Of a stretch of DNA of 64,000 nt, positions 12,001 to 24,366 are shown one piece after another (within the stretch, counting starts at the first letter, position 1; each line of letters starts with the position of its first letter). The notes beneath the pieces were generated by a model that had not been told where the DNA came from, ran no database searches, and saw only the letters and a list, made by a program, of their open reading frames with translations. The position numbers were made by a program, and so were the translations under genes. The stretch comes from Takakia lepidozioides (Eukaryota; Plantae; Bryophyta): NCBI GenBank assembly GCA_030704615.1, contig CM060734.1, forward strand, positions 41,974,001 through 42,038,000, given 5' to 3'.

Positions 12001-15000
12001 CACAGGCACATCCTCAGCTGCACCAAGGCTTGAATTTTGACTAAAACCCTAGGTCACCAGACAGGCTATTTATTGGGGAATGGGTAACTGGCCCATTTCC
12101 TGACAACTGGCTTGTAAATGAGGCTATTTGTGCTTAGTATAGACTTTTGGACAACAGAAGTTCATTTCCAGAAATTATGGTTTTATAAGATCAAATTTCT
12201 ACGTGGCTAACTCTCCAATGATCAAGGCCATGCATTTCTATTAGAATCTGGCAGATTTGTACTGAGGTTATTACTCAAAAAGAGACGAATCTTAACATAT
12301 TTAGATGAGGAATGCAATGGTATGTTAGTTGTTAATAGTATTTTGAAACTTGATGTGCATGTTCCACTGTTGCTGTCGGCAGTGTATTGGTGCTACTACT
12401 CTGGATGAGTACAGGAAGCACATTGAAAAGGACCCTGCTCTGGAGCGTCGGTTCCAGCCTGTCCTGGTTCCAGAACCCACGGTTGAGGAAACTATCTTAA
12501 TCCTGAAGGGGTTAAGGGAACGCTATGAGATTCACCACAAGCTGCGCTATACTGATGAAGCTTTGGTAGCAGCAGCACAGTTATCATACCAGTATATCAG
12601 GTACTAAGTCTTTGTCTGTTGGTTGATTTAAATGACACTGGAGTTGAGCACGTCCGGTCGGTCCCGTGCGCAAAATGTTTTTCTTCAGCTCAAAGATGTT
12701 TGGAAGGAATAGGGTACTCAAAGTGCTTGATTACTCATTGTGGTAATGTACAAGTGCAAAACTAGTAGTTAGTCCTGCATGGCCATCTTACAGGCAGATA
12801 TCGCTGCCTGTGGGTGTTGGAATGATTAAGTTAGCATGTGCAATAATGTGATGTTTCTGTGCAGTGACCGCTTTTTACCGGATAAGGCGATTGATCTGAT
12901 TGATGAGGCTGGTTCTCGTGTTCGTCTTCGTCATGCCCAGGTGAGTGAATCGTGTGCAGCTATGGGCATATGACAAATGTATATATATAATGCTCAATTT
13001 GAGTTGTCGAATTTAACAGTTTGTGTTGTCTTGATTATACATTCGAGACCTGATTTGTCTTGCACTCTTAGATTGATCTCTAAGTTATACGACAGCCTTC
13101 TTTCTGGTTTCCTTTCTCTCTTTTTAGTTTCTTCTTCTGTGTGACTTTCCCTTGATGTTTTTTCCTGGCACCTTTGTTTTCATCTTTGAAAGCCCTTCTT
13201 CACCTTGGATATGGTTATCTCATTTCATCTTTGGTTACTCTGAAGTGTAAGTTTCTTGGCTCTCAAATGAACATATGATAAAAATAATATTATACAGTCT
13301 GAAGCTGAGATTGTATCTCTCCGTCCGTGTATTTCTACTCAAAGAGCCTAAAGTTGCAGCCTCTCCCTTTGCCTTTGTTGGAGAAGCACTGGTTCAAGTT
13401 GCACCTACCACCTACCCGAGTTTTCAAAATCATGTGGTCATTCTCATCATTCTGTCACTGTATATGTGTCAGCTACCTGAGGAGGCGAGAGAGCTTGACA
13501 AGGAGCTACGGGGAATTACTAAAGAAAAGAATGAGGCAGTCCGCGGTCAAGATTTTGAGAAGGTAAGCAAATTGTTCTGTCGTTGTCAGTTGGTGCTGGC
13601 AATCGATTTCACTGTGATGCTGGATGAGCTGGTAGTTTCTCACTCTTGTGCTCATGAAGGGAAATGACGCAAAGTCCTTGTGCCTCTGTTATGGGCATCA
13701 TTGGTACTCCTGGGCTGGTAACCTTTCCTGAAGTAGCAGAAACTCACCCACTTGACTGAAGAAGTATCCCGGAAGAAGTATCCCCTTCCTTATGTACTTC
13801 GGATGTTCATTGTTGCTATGTTGCTGTGGCATCTTGGAAAGCTGGTAAGTGATTTTTTTTACAGTTAGTGGTGGCTATGTTATATCAAGATGGAGTTAAG
13901 CAAGTCCATCTGACCCTGTAACGGTGTATCATCTTACAGTTGACCTTCATTTCGTTGTCAACTTTGCTTATACCTATAGTATAGGATACCATATGGTCCT
14001 CTGAAACCGTCACATAGTGAGTGCTTACACCTGTCATTACCTTTGGTTTGTAGGCTGGAGAGCTGCGTGATCGCGAAATGGAGTTGAAGGCTCAAATTTC
14101 TGCTATCACTGAGAAAGGCAAGGAAAAGTTGAAGGCAGAGAGCGAGGCTGGAGAGGCAGGTCCAATGGTGGAGGAAGCGGACATTCAACAAATTGTCTCT
14201 GCGTGGACAGGCATCCCTGTTGAGAAAGTGTCCACGGATGAGTCCGATCGCCTGCTGAAGATGGAGGAAACTCTGCACCAACGTGTGATTGGGCAGGATG
14301 AGGCTGTTAAGGCCATTAGTAGGGCCATTCGGCGGGCCCGCGTGGGCTTGAAGAACCCCAACCGTCCTATAGCAAGCTTCATCTTTTCAGGACCCACTGG
14401 CGTGGGGAAGTCAGAGCTTGCCAAGGCTCTCGCTTCATACTACTTCGGATCAAAGGAGGCTATGGTACGACTGGATATGAGTGAATTTATGGAGCGCCAT
14501 ACAGTATCGAAACTCATTGGTTCACCCCCTGGGTATGTGGGTTACAGTGAGGGGGGTCAGTTGACTGAGGCAGTGCGCCGGCGACCATATACAGTGGTGC
14601 TTTTTGATGAGATAGAGAAGGCACACCCTGATGTATTTAACATGATGCTTCAGATTTTGGAAGATGGTCGCCTGACGGACAGCAAGGGACGAACTGTTGA
14701 TTTCAAGAACACTCTTTTGATCATGACATCAAATGTGGGGAGCAGTGTAATTGAAAAGGGTGGTGGTGGTATTGGTTTCCAGTTGGACTATGGTGAGAAA
14801 GACTCAAGCTACAACCGTATCAAGAGTTTGGTGAATGAGGAGCTAAAGCAGTACTTCCGACCTGAGTTTTTGAACCGTTTGGATGAGATCATTGTTTTCA
14901 GGCAACTCACCAAATCTGAGGTGAAGGAGATTGCTGACATCATGTTGAAGGAGGTGTTTGAGCGGCTGAAGAAAAAGGAGATTGACTTGCAGGTATGTGG

Positions 15001-15482
15001 ATTTGAAGGCTAGGTAGATTGGCAACTGTGACACTCTGCAGATTGGGTCCCACCATTCAAGCCATTCTGTATGGATAGTGTGTATGTACATGTAGAGCAC
15101 CGTAAGTCTGTCAGGGTTGATTGCCTATCATCTCAAAATGGGCTAGATTCTGAAGGTACATTTGAGGGAAGGCTTTCCAATGTTGGTTTGCCTGGGCAGC
15201 TCTCCTGAAATTTCTATGCAATTGTGTGTGCAGGTAACTGAGAGGTTTAGGGACCGGGTGGTGGACGAGGGTTACAGTCCGAGCTATGGTGCTCGACCAT
15301 TGCGACGCGCTATCATGAGGCTATTGGAGGATAGCATGGCTGAGCGGATGCTTGCAGGTGAAATAAAGGAGGGAGACTCTGCCATTATTGATGTTGATTC
15401 AGAGGGGGGTGTCACAGTGTTGAATGGGACAACAGGTACTGCCTCAAGTACAGCTATTGAGGCACCCGCTGGTGTTTCCTAA
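9034..15482 (+). CDS. CLPC: Plastid Hsp100 chaperone ClpC, copy A (~941 aa); exons 9034-9646, 10325-10440, 10750-10872, 11281-11466, 11749-11964, 12383-12600, 12865-12940, 13473-13562, 14054-14992, 15234-15482
   Basis: Transit-peptide-like N-terminus, then [32 protein letters not shown]. Walker A motifs GEPGVGKT and GPTGVGKS, Walker B IDEVH, a UVR segment and YGARPLRR. Exons sum to 2826 nt in frame. Intron 2 is GC-AG. Confidence 0.97.
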
Positions 15483-15969
15483 GCTTCTTTCTTAGTGTAA
15501 TTTGCTAGTCAGCACAAAAGGTGGGGGCATATATTAACAGAAATCATGTAAGTAGTGAGGTCATCTCTATGCAGAGGGCCAAGTAGTTTCATAGACTTGC
15601 CCCTGAGTCCTGCCTCTGTATCAATAGCAGAAAAGTGTCATGGAAGTTCCAGTAAAAAAAGAATCAGTAACTTTATATCGTCTCTTCTATTGGAGGTTTC
15701 TCGTGGGCCAATGGTGGATTGGCTTTGGTTAGGCCACTCTTGGTGTGATTCATGTTCCATTGTCTTATCATGAAAGCAGTCCATGTTGAAGGACAGACAC
15801 CCTTAGTTGAGAAAACAATGATGACCTTGATGGATTCAGACCTCTCCAGGCTATTGCATATTGCAGATTTTTCAGATTGTCACTTGTCTTTCCTTATAAT
15901 GGGTAAACCAAGTGGCTGTGATCCAAATGTCATACTGGGTTGGGTAGAAACACCAGTGGAGGTGCATGG

Positions 15970-17178
15970 ACTGCTGTGCCTCTGAAAGTTGTTGTTGGAT
16001 GGACTCTACCTCGGCCTTGGCCACCCCACCTCCTTGCCCACACTTACTCCTTGTCATGTTGTCACACCTGTTGGTGCACCCCCCCTCTCATCCGTCCTCA
16101 AAAGCAGATCTTCTGCCAGTGCTGAATTCTGTTCCAAAGATCCTAGAGAGAGATCCAAAAGGATGCACCTATGCTTAAACTGGTCCGAGTCTTGATGTTG
16201 AGAACCAGAACCATGCCAATGGTACCTGCAATTCATGAGCTTGACTCTTCAGCAAAGACCGTGGGTGTGCAATGTAGTGCCCTCTCTTTCCCCATTGTTT
16301 GGTGCAAAACCTACTGTGTCAAGTGCAACTCTGACTCTTAGGGTGAGCAAAAACTTCGATAACCTATCCTCTCTCTGACTGTAGGCTCTAACTGCTTCAT
16401 AAAGGACACAAATTCGTTTTCTTAGAAAGTTGTCACCAAGGGCCCCGTTGATGTTGAGCTCTGATTCTGCTGCCGCTGGTCAGCCCAAACCGTCCCGCAG
16501 CTGCCATCAGTCTTTTTGGAAGCCGTGAAGCTGAGGCTGCAGACACGGAGAGTGCACTTTTCTCCATTCTTCCCATTTTCCAAAGTACATAATTTGTAAG
16601 TCCTACTCTCTGAGTGATGATGTGCACAACCACTGAAGCATCCGTGGAGCACTGCTCAGCGTTGTATATAATTCATTCACCCAATAGGACCGTTGCTAGG
16701 CCGGCCACATGGACGCTTGCTGGCAGTCAGCTCCACCACGAAGGGGAGGTGGGCTGGTGGGTCAAGCATGCAGCAACAGCTGATGGGCAGTCAGCCAAGC
16801 ATGTAACAAGTAGCTGAAGCAGCACTAACTGAAGCCACACGGACCCTTCAACCGGCAAAGTTGAGATGGCAATGCTATAGCGGGTTGAGTTATCACAGGG
16901 GTTGGGTATGCGGCTGCGAGGTATCTCATAGTGGGGCATCAAAAGCTCAGGTGGAGCCAGTGCAGGGGATAGAATTTGAAGTGGAGTTCTTCAAGAACGT
17001 AGAATGGCTCTACCAAAGCCAATGAGTCTCTACAAAGTTTATAGTATCGGACCTCTGATCTCATGCAATGTATGAGAGAAGAAAAGAAAGTGCTACCCTG
17101 TCTCTACTTCTGCGATACACACATGGCAGATCTAGGTATGGATTGTCTAAATCCGCAGGGTTCGAGAACCGGGTTGGA
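15970..17178 (-). pseudogene. Inverted, frameshifted duplicate of the GC6 3' region (part of intron 17, exon 18, intron 18, start of exon 19)
   Basis: The reverse complement aligns to 57837-59349, e.g. GSVWLQLVLLQLLVTCLADCPSAVAACL vs GSVWLQPVLLRLLVTWLADCPSAVAAFL, and GQGGGVAKAEVESIQQ. Multiple deletions and frameshifts. Confidence 0.93.
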
Positions 17179-17612
17179 TCGCAATTTCATTTGCTCTTCC
17201 GTAGCTCCATCTAGTCTTTAAAAAGAAGCTATGATTGTCCACAAATTTAGAGCTCACAATGCGTGAACTAAACATCCTTTCTCTTCCTTGAGGTGGCGTG
17301 AGCTTTGTATATTGTCACATGACATGAACCTGGGCTCACAACGTAACCTTGTTGGGTTTACTGAGACTAGAAGTTTGGGGTCGCTGTTATTTTAGATTCT
17401 ACCTTGCATTGGCGTTCCTCTTGCTGTCGTGGTCACTTGGTTTCTGTTTTCGCGTCTTTTCCTTTTCTTCCCTTGGTTGTTGGTGTTTTCTTTGCAATAT
17501 GCTCTAAGGCCCCACGGAAATCGTATGTTATTTTTCTTCATATTGTTCGTTCTATTTTTAATGTGTTTCAGGGACTTCGCTCCCTTGTTTAAGGAAAAAA
17601 AAAAAAAAAAAA
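17179..17612 (+). mobile_element. Probable 5'-truncated poly(A)-tailed LINE 3' end
   Basis: T-rich UTR-like sequence, a small stem-loop AGGGA-CTTCGC-TCCCT, then A18 (17595-17612). It begins where GC6 homology stops. Confidence 0.5.
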
Positions 17613-17622
17613 CATGTCATGG

Positions 17623-17892
17623 AAACAAGCGATTAGTCGCATATGGCTCCTCTTTGTGAATAAAGAAACTACTTTCATCCATAATAAACCTAAAAAAGCA
17701 TCCATTTGTTTCTCATAAGTTGTTCAATACCAGAGATATAACCTGAGAGAGGTGTTACCTGGAGAAGGCACATCAAGAATGAGTTTTCAACAGAGGAGAG
17801 GAGGTGATACCTGGGGAAGGCAAAGCAGGGGCTTAGCCATTTTTGATAATGATGCGTAGTCTCCTCTTTGGAAATAAAGAGGAGCCAATAAA
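17623..17892 (-). mobile_element. DINE-1/HINE-like non-autonomous Helentron-type element (~270 bp)
   Basis: 12-bp subterminal inverted repeats TGGCTCCTCTTT (17644-17655) / AAAGAGGAGCCA (17876-17887), a partial local inverted repeat at 17861-17869, a terminal hairpin GCGA-TTAG-TCGC (17629-17640) and a TTGTTT end on the minus strand. Confidence 0.6.
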
Positions 17893-18810
17893 CAATTTGG
17901 TGACAATCCTTGCAAACCTTGGCCTTCTCTCCCAGAATTCTAATTATCTGCCAAGAAATGAATTACTTGTCCTTAAGTACGAGTTTGGATAAAATATTAC
18001 GAAACAAGAACTATTGTTAGGGGGCGGTGTCCCTTTTCTCAGCCTCCATGGCCTGAGGTTACTTTTTCCTCTTTATCATGACTGATTGCTAGCATTCAAA
18101 AATCTATCAGAAGGTTTTATTGTACCCAAAACCAACCTCTTGTACAAGTAATCAAACATACGTGTCCCTACCTGCTCAAAACATTCTACAAAACCACCTA
18201 ATTATGGGGTCATACAGCACTCATGTAAATGTAATGGCCCAGGTAGTTACTAAACTACTGCAAGCCTGCATGCCCAGATTATTATTCACAGCCTACTAAA
18301 TCTTTCTCATTTCCAACCTGGGAAGGATTAAGGGTTTAGGGTTTAGGCTCTTTCCCAATAAAACCCCTCTATAGTGAAACCAGACCAAATTGAGCCAACT
18401 TTATGAATTAGCTCGGTTAACTTTGAGGGAAACATAACATGGCTTCACTGGGTGAAATTACATCTGATTACTTTTTATTTAGGGTGGGTCCATATAATTA
18501 GTCACTAAAAAATTCGAACAGTACAAGTATCTCGAAGAAATCCGCTGATCATACCTGAACTGAATCTATCTTGTACTAGATGAATGAATCAACAAATTCG
18601 AGGGATGCTAGATCGTGAGCGGTGCTGCCACAAGATTTTGCAAAAAGGTACTGTACGCAATTCCGCGGATGGCACCCATAACCACGGGCGGAATGTCCCT
18701 GTAGGCATGCTAATGACAAGGTTATATGAAGAGCACAGTTGCCAAGGATCCAACCGATTGCTGCGATATTTGACAGTGGGCACAATGAAGGTGGTACAAT
18801 GGATGGGTAA

Positions 18811-19343
18811 TTAGGGTTTTCTTAAGGGGTTCTTAGGGGGGTTTTATTTCCCCGCAGATGCCATTGAAAGTGGTGTGCGGCGCCGCACACCACTTTCAGG
18901 GGATTTTTTTTGGGGGGGGTTTCAATGGTTTTTTAGGTTTTTTTTAAGGGTTTTTAGGGTTTTCTTAGGGTTTTTTTTTAGTGTGCAGTGCCATTGAAAG
19001 AGGTGTGCGGTGCCGCACACCCCTTTTCAGGATTTTTTTATTTTCTTTTTTGGGGTTTTGTTAGGGTTTTAAGGGTTTTTTTAGGTTTCTAAAGGATTTT
19101 TAGGGTTTTCTTAGGGTTTTTTTTAGTGTGCAGTGCTACTGAAAGAGGTGTGCGGTGCCGCACACCCCTTTTCAGGGGTTTTTTTTTTCATTTTTTGAAG
19201 TTGTTTTAGGTTTTTTAGGGGGTTTTTTTTTTTTTCCCTCGCAGATGCCACTGAAAGTGATATGCGGTGCCACACACCACCGCACACCACTTTCAAGGGA
19301 TATTTTTTTTGTTTTTTTTGGCAATTGCCGCTGAAATTGGTGT
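18811..19343. repeat. Array of 4 (+1 partial) ~34-bp palindromes separated by T/G-rich TTAGGG-like spacers
   Basis: Perfect palindrome TGAAAGTGGTGTGCGGCGCCGCACACCACTTTCA at 18865-18898; variants at 18995, 19140 and 19252; partial copy at 19332. Confidence 0.9.
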
Positions 19344-20599
19344 CGTCTTGTAGCGTAGGTCAGCAGTTGACAGTCGTACCTATTCATTCAAGCCATGTGC
19401 TTTTCTTTCATTATGGGGTCTAATTTCATCATACTTTACATGCCTATTCCCACGGTTATAGGTCCAGCGAAAATAGGTACTCTTTCTTCGCTCACCTTGA
19501 CGTGGCCTGAGCGTGGGTTCACGCCGTAGCGTCGCTCAACAAATCCTCCTTCTCCTACAGTCGTAAAACCCTTTTGTAAAGTTACTCTACCTCAAGAACG
19601 TGTAGGGGTTTTGCTTTCTAACGTAGAGGCGTTGTTTGCTGTAGTGCCATCAACAACTCTCTCACGGTCTTTAGTGCTCATGTAGTAGACATCTCTAAAA
19701 GGTTTTGCACCATTGATTCTGCAATTTGGATATTTTGAAGTATGAGAGGTAGGAAGAGTTAGTCAGTAGTGCACATACGGACTGAAAATGGATTTAGCTG
19801 CGGAAGTAGTTATCTATGACGGATTCCAGCTTAAAGTCTTCCTACAAGTTTTTAATGGAATTTTTTTTTTGCATCAATGAAAAGACCTTGAGCCACGAAT
19901 TCATAATTTTTTTTTAATATTATCAGGTCTGTGGAAGTACACTTGAAGATATTTCTCATCTCGTACCACAGAATGCCTAACATTTTGATACAAAATTTAC
20001 AAGGATATTTGCATTTACGAATATGCATTCAATGACAATCCACAATCTAGCTCCATAGTCCTGTTTTTCCTTATGTCTTTAAGCCACCAAAACATTTTCA
20101 TGTTTGGATCATTGTTGGAATTGTTTTCAAACTATGTTGTTTCAATGCAAGGGTTTTCCCCTATTTCCGCGCTCATGCAGACCAACTTGACTGTAAAATT
20201 GTTTATCAAAAGATTTTTATGTTTGGATCATTGTTAAATTTTTTTTCAATGTTAATTTTGTTCAATGACACAAGCCTTGTCAGAAGCCACAAGCCACACA
20301 AGTCTTACAAATCCTGCAACGAGGACTTACCTCCGCACTCCCCTTGCACCCGCATGGGTTGTTGAGGCTTCCACGGGCGTCTAGTGCCAAGCAGATGCGA
20401 CATTGACCCATTGCGGGATCCATGGCAAGCCCTCGCAAACAGGGCCTTACGCGAGGAGGAGGACGATGATGGATAATGTGTCAAAATTTGAAGATTCGCC
20501 TCAAATTGCGAGGAAGCCAAGATATTTGCAATTTGTCGCTAGATGCGCAATCAATTCTCTCTTTCTTCGACCATGCCAATGTGTGGTTGATGCGCATGT

Positions 20600-21253
20600 A
20601 TGTTGGATTCCGGGTTGCAGGCGGCCATAAAAGACTATATGAGTTTGCTGGATGACAACTCCAAATGGAACGTGGGCCCCTATCTCGGAGCATCCCATAT
20701 ATCTCGTGAGGCTTTTGAACAGTGGCAATATGATCAAGAAAGTCACTGGAGATTAAGCTGGGAGGAGCAGTTTCAGATGGAGTTGTTCCAGCTTGGCATC
20801 GAAGAAATGTTCGACATAGCAACTGACGTGACTACTCATCTGACATCAGGGATTAAAGAACCTGATGCGGCATCTTTCCTTTGAATACGCCACCCGAAAG
20901 ATGTCCTGCTGTGGTAGTGGAAATTGCCTACCAAAATGAATCGAGGAAAGCACTTCTTAAAGAACTCAAAACTTGGACCGCTGGAGCCAACTTTGCAATT
21001 GACATTCTGCTTCACGAGAACAAAAGAACCAGGGGTCTCAATATGGTGTGTTTCACTAGAAAGTTTGGAGCAAGAAGAACCAAGTCAAAAGACTTTTCCG
21101 AGCATCGTTGTAGCGGTCCTCACACCAGTTTATTGAAGATACCCATTGAAGCCTATATATGTTTCAGATGTTGTGCCAGCCTTTGTGGCTGGCGAGTCCA
21201 TTACCATCGATCTATGGAAATTACAACAGAAGGTACTGCAACTAAGCATCTAG
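20600..21253 (+). pseudogene. Frameshifted Uma2-family PD-(D/E)xK restriction-endonuclease-like gene
   Basis: Three consecutive frames give ISREAFEQW...SGIKEPDAASF / PPERCPAVVVEIAYQNESRKALLKELKTW...LLKIP / IYVSDVVPAFVAGESITIDLWKLQQKVLQLSI*. KEPD.SF, P.VVVEIA..ES and I.IDL..LQQ match the eukaryotic Uma2-like pattern. Confidence 0.65.
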
Positions 21254-23189
21254 CCAAGACCCACGTCAGGAGAGGCGAGGATAGAGTGAGCCTTTCGAGG
21301 ACAAATGGTAGTGCTAGTGCAAATAGGTGGAGAACTTTCTGCAGTCTAAGGCCCAGTAAGTAAATTGTTGGCAAGCTCATGTCTTACCTTCCATTCGACA
21401 CTGGGTATTGCAGAGATGTGTGCTTCTGCTCTTTGACATTGTGTGTGTACGATCAAGAAGCATGGTCACGGCTCTAAAGATTTTAAAGAGTGGACGAAAG
21501 AGCTTTTTGATACATTACAGCTGGATGAGTGAAAGCATTTAAGAACTTCTGGATAATCGTAAATCCATAAATGACAACTGTAAATTGGCTATCAATAGGC
21601 AAACTCTACATGTATGAAATCTATTTATTACGAAAGAAGATATGTACCTTCTAAATGAAACTTTGCGGCAGAAGTAGCTTGAGGTCTCTGAAGTGGTCAA
21701 TGACCACACATTGGTTTGGAAGAGAATATCGGAGGTCGGAAAAGAGTCTGATGTCGCTACCTCGAGTGAATGGACGGTACGGGTTCGTGCCTAAGAGACA
21801 GTGACACTGGCTTCATGAGTAATTTATAGACGTTAGGGCTCTTCATCAGAATTGTCTGCTTGCAGATGAGGTGCGTGGAGGCAGAGATGGCGAGGAAGAA
21901 AGCTCTCTCAAAACTAGGGCGACAAGACATGGAGATGTGGAGAATACGGTGTAATCCATCACAAAGGGTTTTAATTATGTAAATGAGAGCATCTATGGTT
22001 AACTGGAGTTTTGGGATGAACTCATGCTCCCATGCCGATTGCAAATGGATCTTGTCTTCCTGGTCACAAATGATGGAAAATGTTTTCAAATGGTAAACAT
22101 GTCAAACAACCGCATCAGATCTGAGTCATGAATATTTAAAGAACTACTTGTTGTCTAAGGGAAGAGAGCTCAACTACCGGATAATCTTGAAGAGTCATGC
22201 CCATGGTCTTCAAACCTGTTTAAATGATAAGTTTAAAAGTTAATAACGTGACTTCATTGAAAACAACATTATACACTATATCCTTCACTTAATAACTTAT
22301 GTCCTTAAAAGTACTGGTACAAGATCAATGTTGACAACTGAGAAGTAGTAACGTAATAATGCCTTACTACTTACTAGATACTCACCACCATGAGCACAAG
22401 TAAGTCGTCATCCCGGAAGAATTGCTTTCCATCGCCATCATTTTCTTCTATCATGTTTATACTCCACTTCAAGACTTATGCTGCATAGATAATGAGGTCT
22501 TTCTTGCTCCACTCCCATCCGAGGTCTTTAAATTCCTTGAGGTCTGCTTTCACCTCCATAAGCATGGCATGCATCTTCTTCTTCATTGAGGACCACAAAG
22601 ATACCAATGGAGGCATCAAAGAGGGGAACCCCTCGAGATGAAGCTCTGCCGAAAAATACATAGCTTTAGATCAACATACAAGCATATAACTCATAATTCA
22701 ACAACCATACAGACACACATACAAGCATCAATACAATTTACAAAGCAACAACAAAATATAAGAAGACTCGTACCTAGAGGATGTTCCTGCCTAGAAGAGC
22801 TCTCCATCGTAGCTTCCCCAACAAGAGCAGGGAGTAAATTATGTGAGATTCAAAGTTGTATAATGACGTGAAAAGATATCTGCTATGTCTTTTAGAGTTG
22901 ACGACAAAAAAATAAAACATTAAATTGAACATATGAGTTGATAGTTGAAAACGAGATGGTTTTGGTGTTGCATTGTCGTTGTTCAAAACAATGTGATTTT
23001 GTCGTCGATCCATTTTTTGGTGGCATGTTGTGATTTCAGAGAAGATTTTATTGATGTGCCAATTTTTTGAAAGTGAATGAGATTGAGTATTTGAAATCGA
23101 TTTACTAAAATGAAGTTGGATGTTTGTTTGTTTGTGTTTTATTTTATTTTAAAGGAAATGCGATAGAGCCTTTTTAATCAAATTAGGAA

Positions 23190-23735
23190 ATGAGGAAAAA
23201 GTAACCTCGTGGGGCCATAAGACAATACAATCTACAGTGCTCTGGGAGGTTCCCCCCGATTGTTTGTTTAGTTACAAAGAATGTGTGGTACATGAATGAA
23301 CTAATGTTAAAGAATAGTGTAAACATGAACAAAATGAGCAAACAATGTAATGTGATTCAGTCTCGGAGATTGGAATTTGGTAAAAGAGTTAAACCTTAAT
23401 ACTAATACTTCTGTATATACAATCATATATTGAAAAAACCAATTTATTTTTTCCATGAATTAATTGAGTAGTAATATATCCAATCATTGTTCCAGGAAAG
23501 CCCACTTTGCTTTTTTTCACGAATTTCCAGCTACCAAAAATACTTGAAATTCCATATCTCCCACACCGCAGGTCCAAAAATCATGAGACCTGCAAGCCGG
23601 TGCACCCCTCCTCATCGAGGGCTTTCCAACGGTACCAAGCACCAGGGCTGGGCCCGCGGTTTGGGATATCTCAACGCTACAAAACAAAATAATACAAAAC
23701 AAGCAAGCGGCTAGTCGCGTAATGGCTCCACCCTA
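23190..23735 (-). mobile_element. Non-autonomous rolling-circle (Helitron/Helentron-like) repeat
   Basis: Contains TCATCGAGGGCTTTCCAACGGTACCAAG and an AAAC microsatellite. The motif near 23190 recurs at ~7310 and ~18050, and a 32-bp motif at 23704-23735 is identical to 35870-35901. Confidence 0.5.
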
Positions 23736-24366
23736 ATTACAGAATTGAAATGCTAGTACTAGCGATCTTGATTTTCTTGAAATCAAAATAATAAATATTT
23801 AAAACATAAAATGGGAACCTTCAGCATTGACATCCCTGAGGATAATAAGAGAAAATGAATATACTAGAATTGAAGGGATAAGTCTGAAGGGAACTCAATG
23901 TAATAGAACCGAAGGGATAATTCTGAAGGGAACTCAGCTCTTGGGGTTTAGATCCTGCTACGATGTGGGGTGTGGTATGTTTCTTTTCCCGTTTCTTTGT
24001 GCGGTGTCCATTGAGCCTTGTACTTGGCGCCTCATGGCGAGGTTATTTTGAAAGAGGTTATTTTTTCCTCTCACTATTATGAAGGGGGCCTGATTTGTGA
24101 GCTGTTTACATGAAGGTTGGGTCTTTTTTCTCTTTCTTTCAGGGCAGCTTAAAAATGACGACAATGACAATTTTTTAAATTCAGTTGTTTGTTTTTTTCG
24201 TTTTTCATTTTGTTTGGGCAGCTTACAAAATGACAACGATGACGTGGTGATGATGACGATTTTGAAAATTAAGTTTTTTTATTTAATTTAATTTTACTTT
24301 TTTATTTTTTTGAAATGGATTTTATTTTATTTTTGCGTTTCTTTTTTTTGGCAGCTTAAAAATGAC

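Noticed and set aside
18330-18347. Short TTTAGGG telomeric repeat
   Set aside because: Only ~2.5 units; such telo-box-scale motifs are common and are not evidence of a chromosome fusion.
18865-19295. CRISPR-like appearance (palindromic repeats with spacers near a nuclease relic)
   Set aside because: The spacers are long, low-complexity and similar to each other, the context is eukaryotic and there are no cas genes.
21757-22661. Short minus-strand ORFs downstream of the Uma2-like relic
   Set aside because: No recognisable domain or consistent splice structure.
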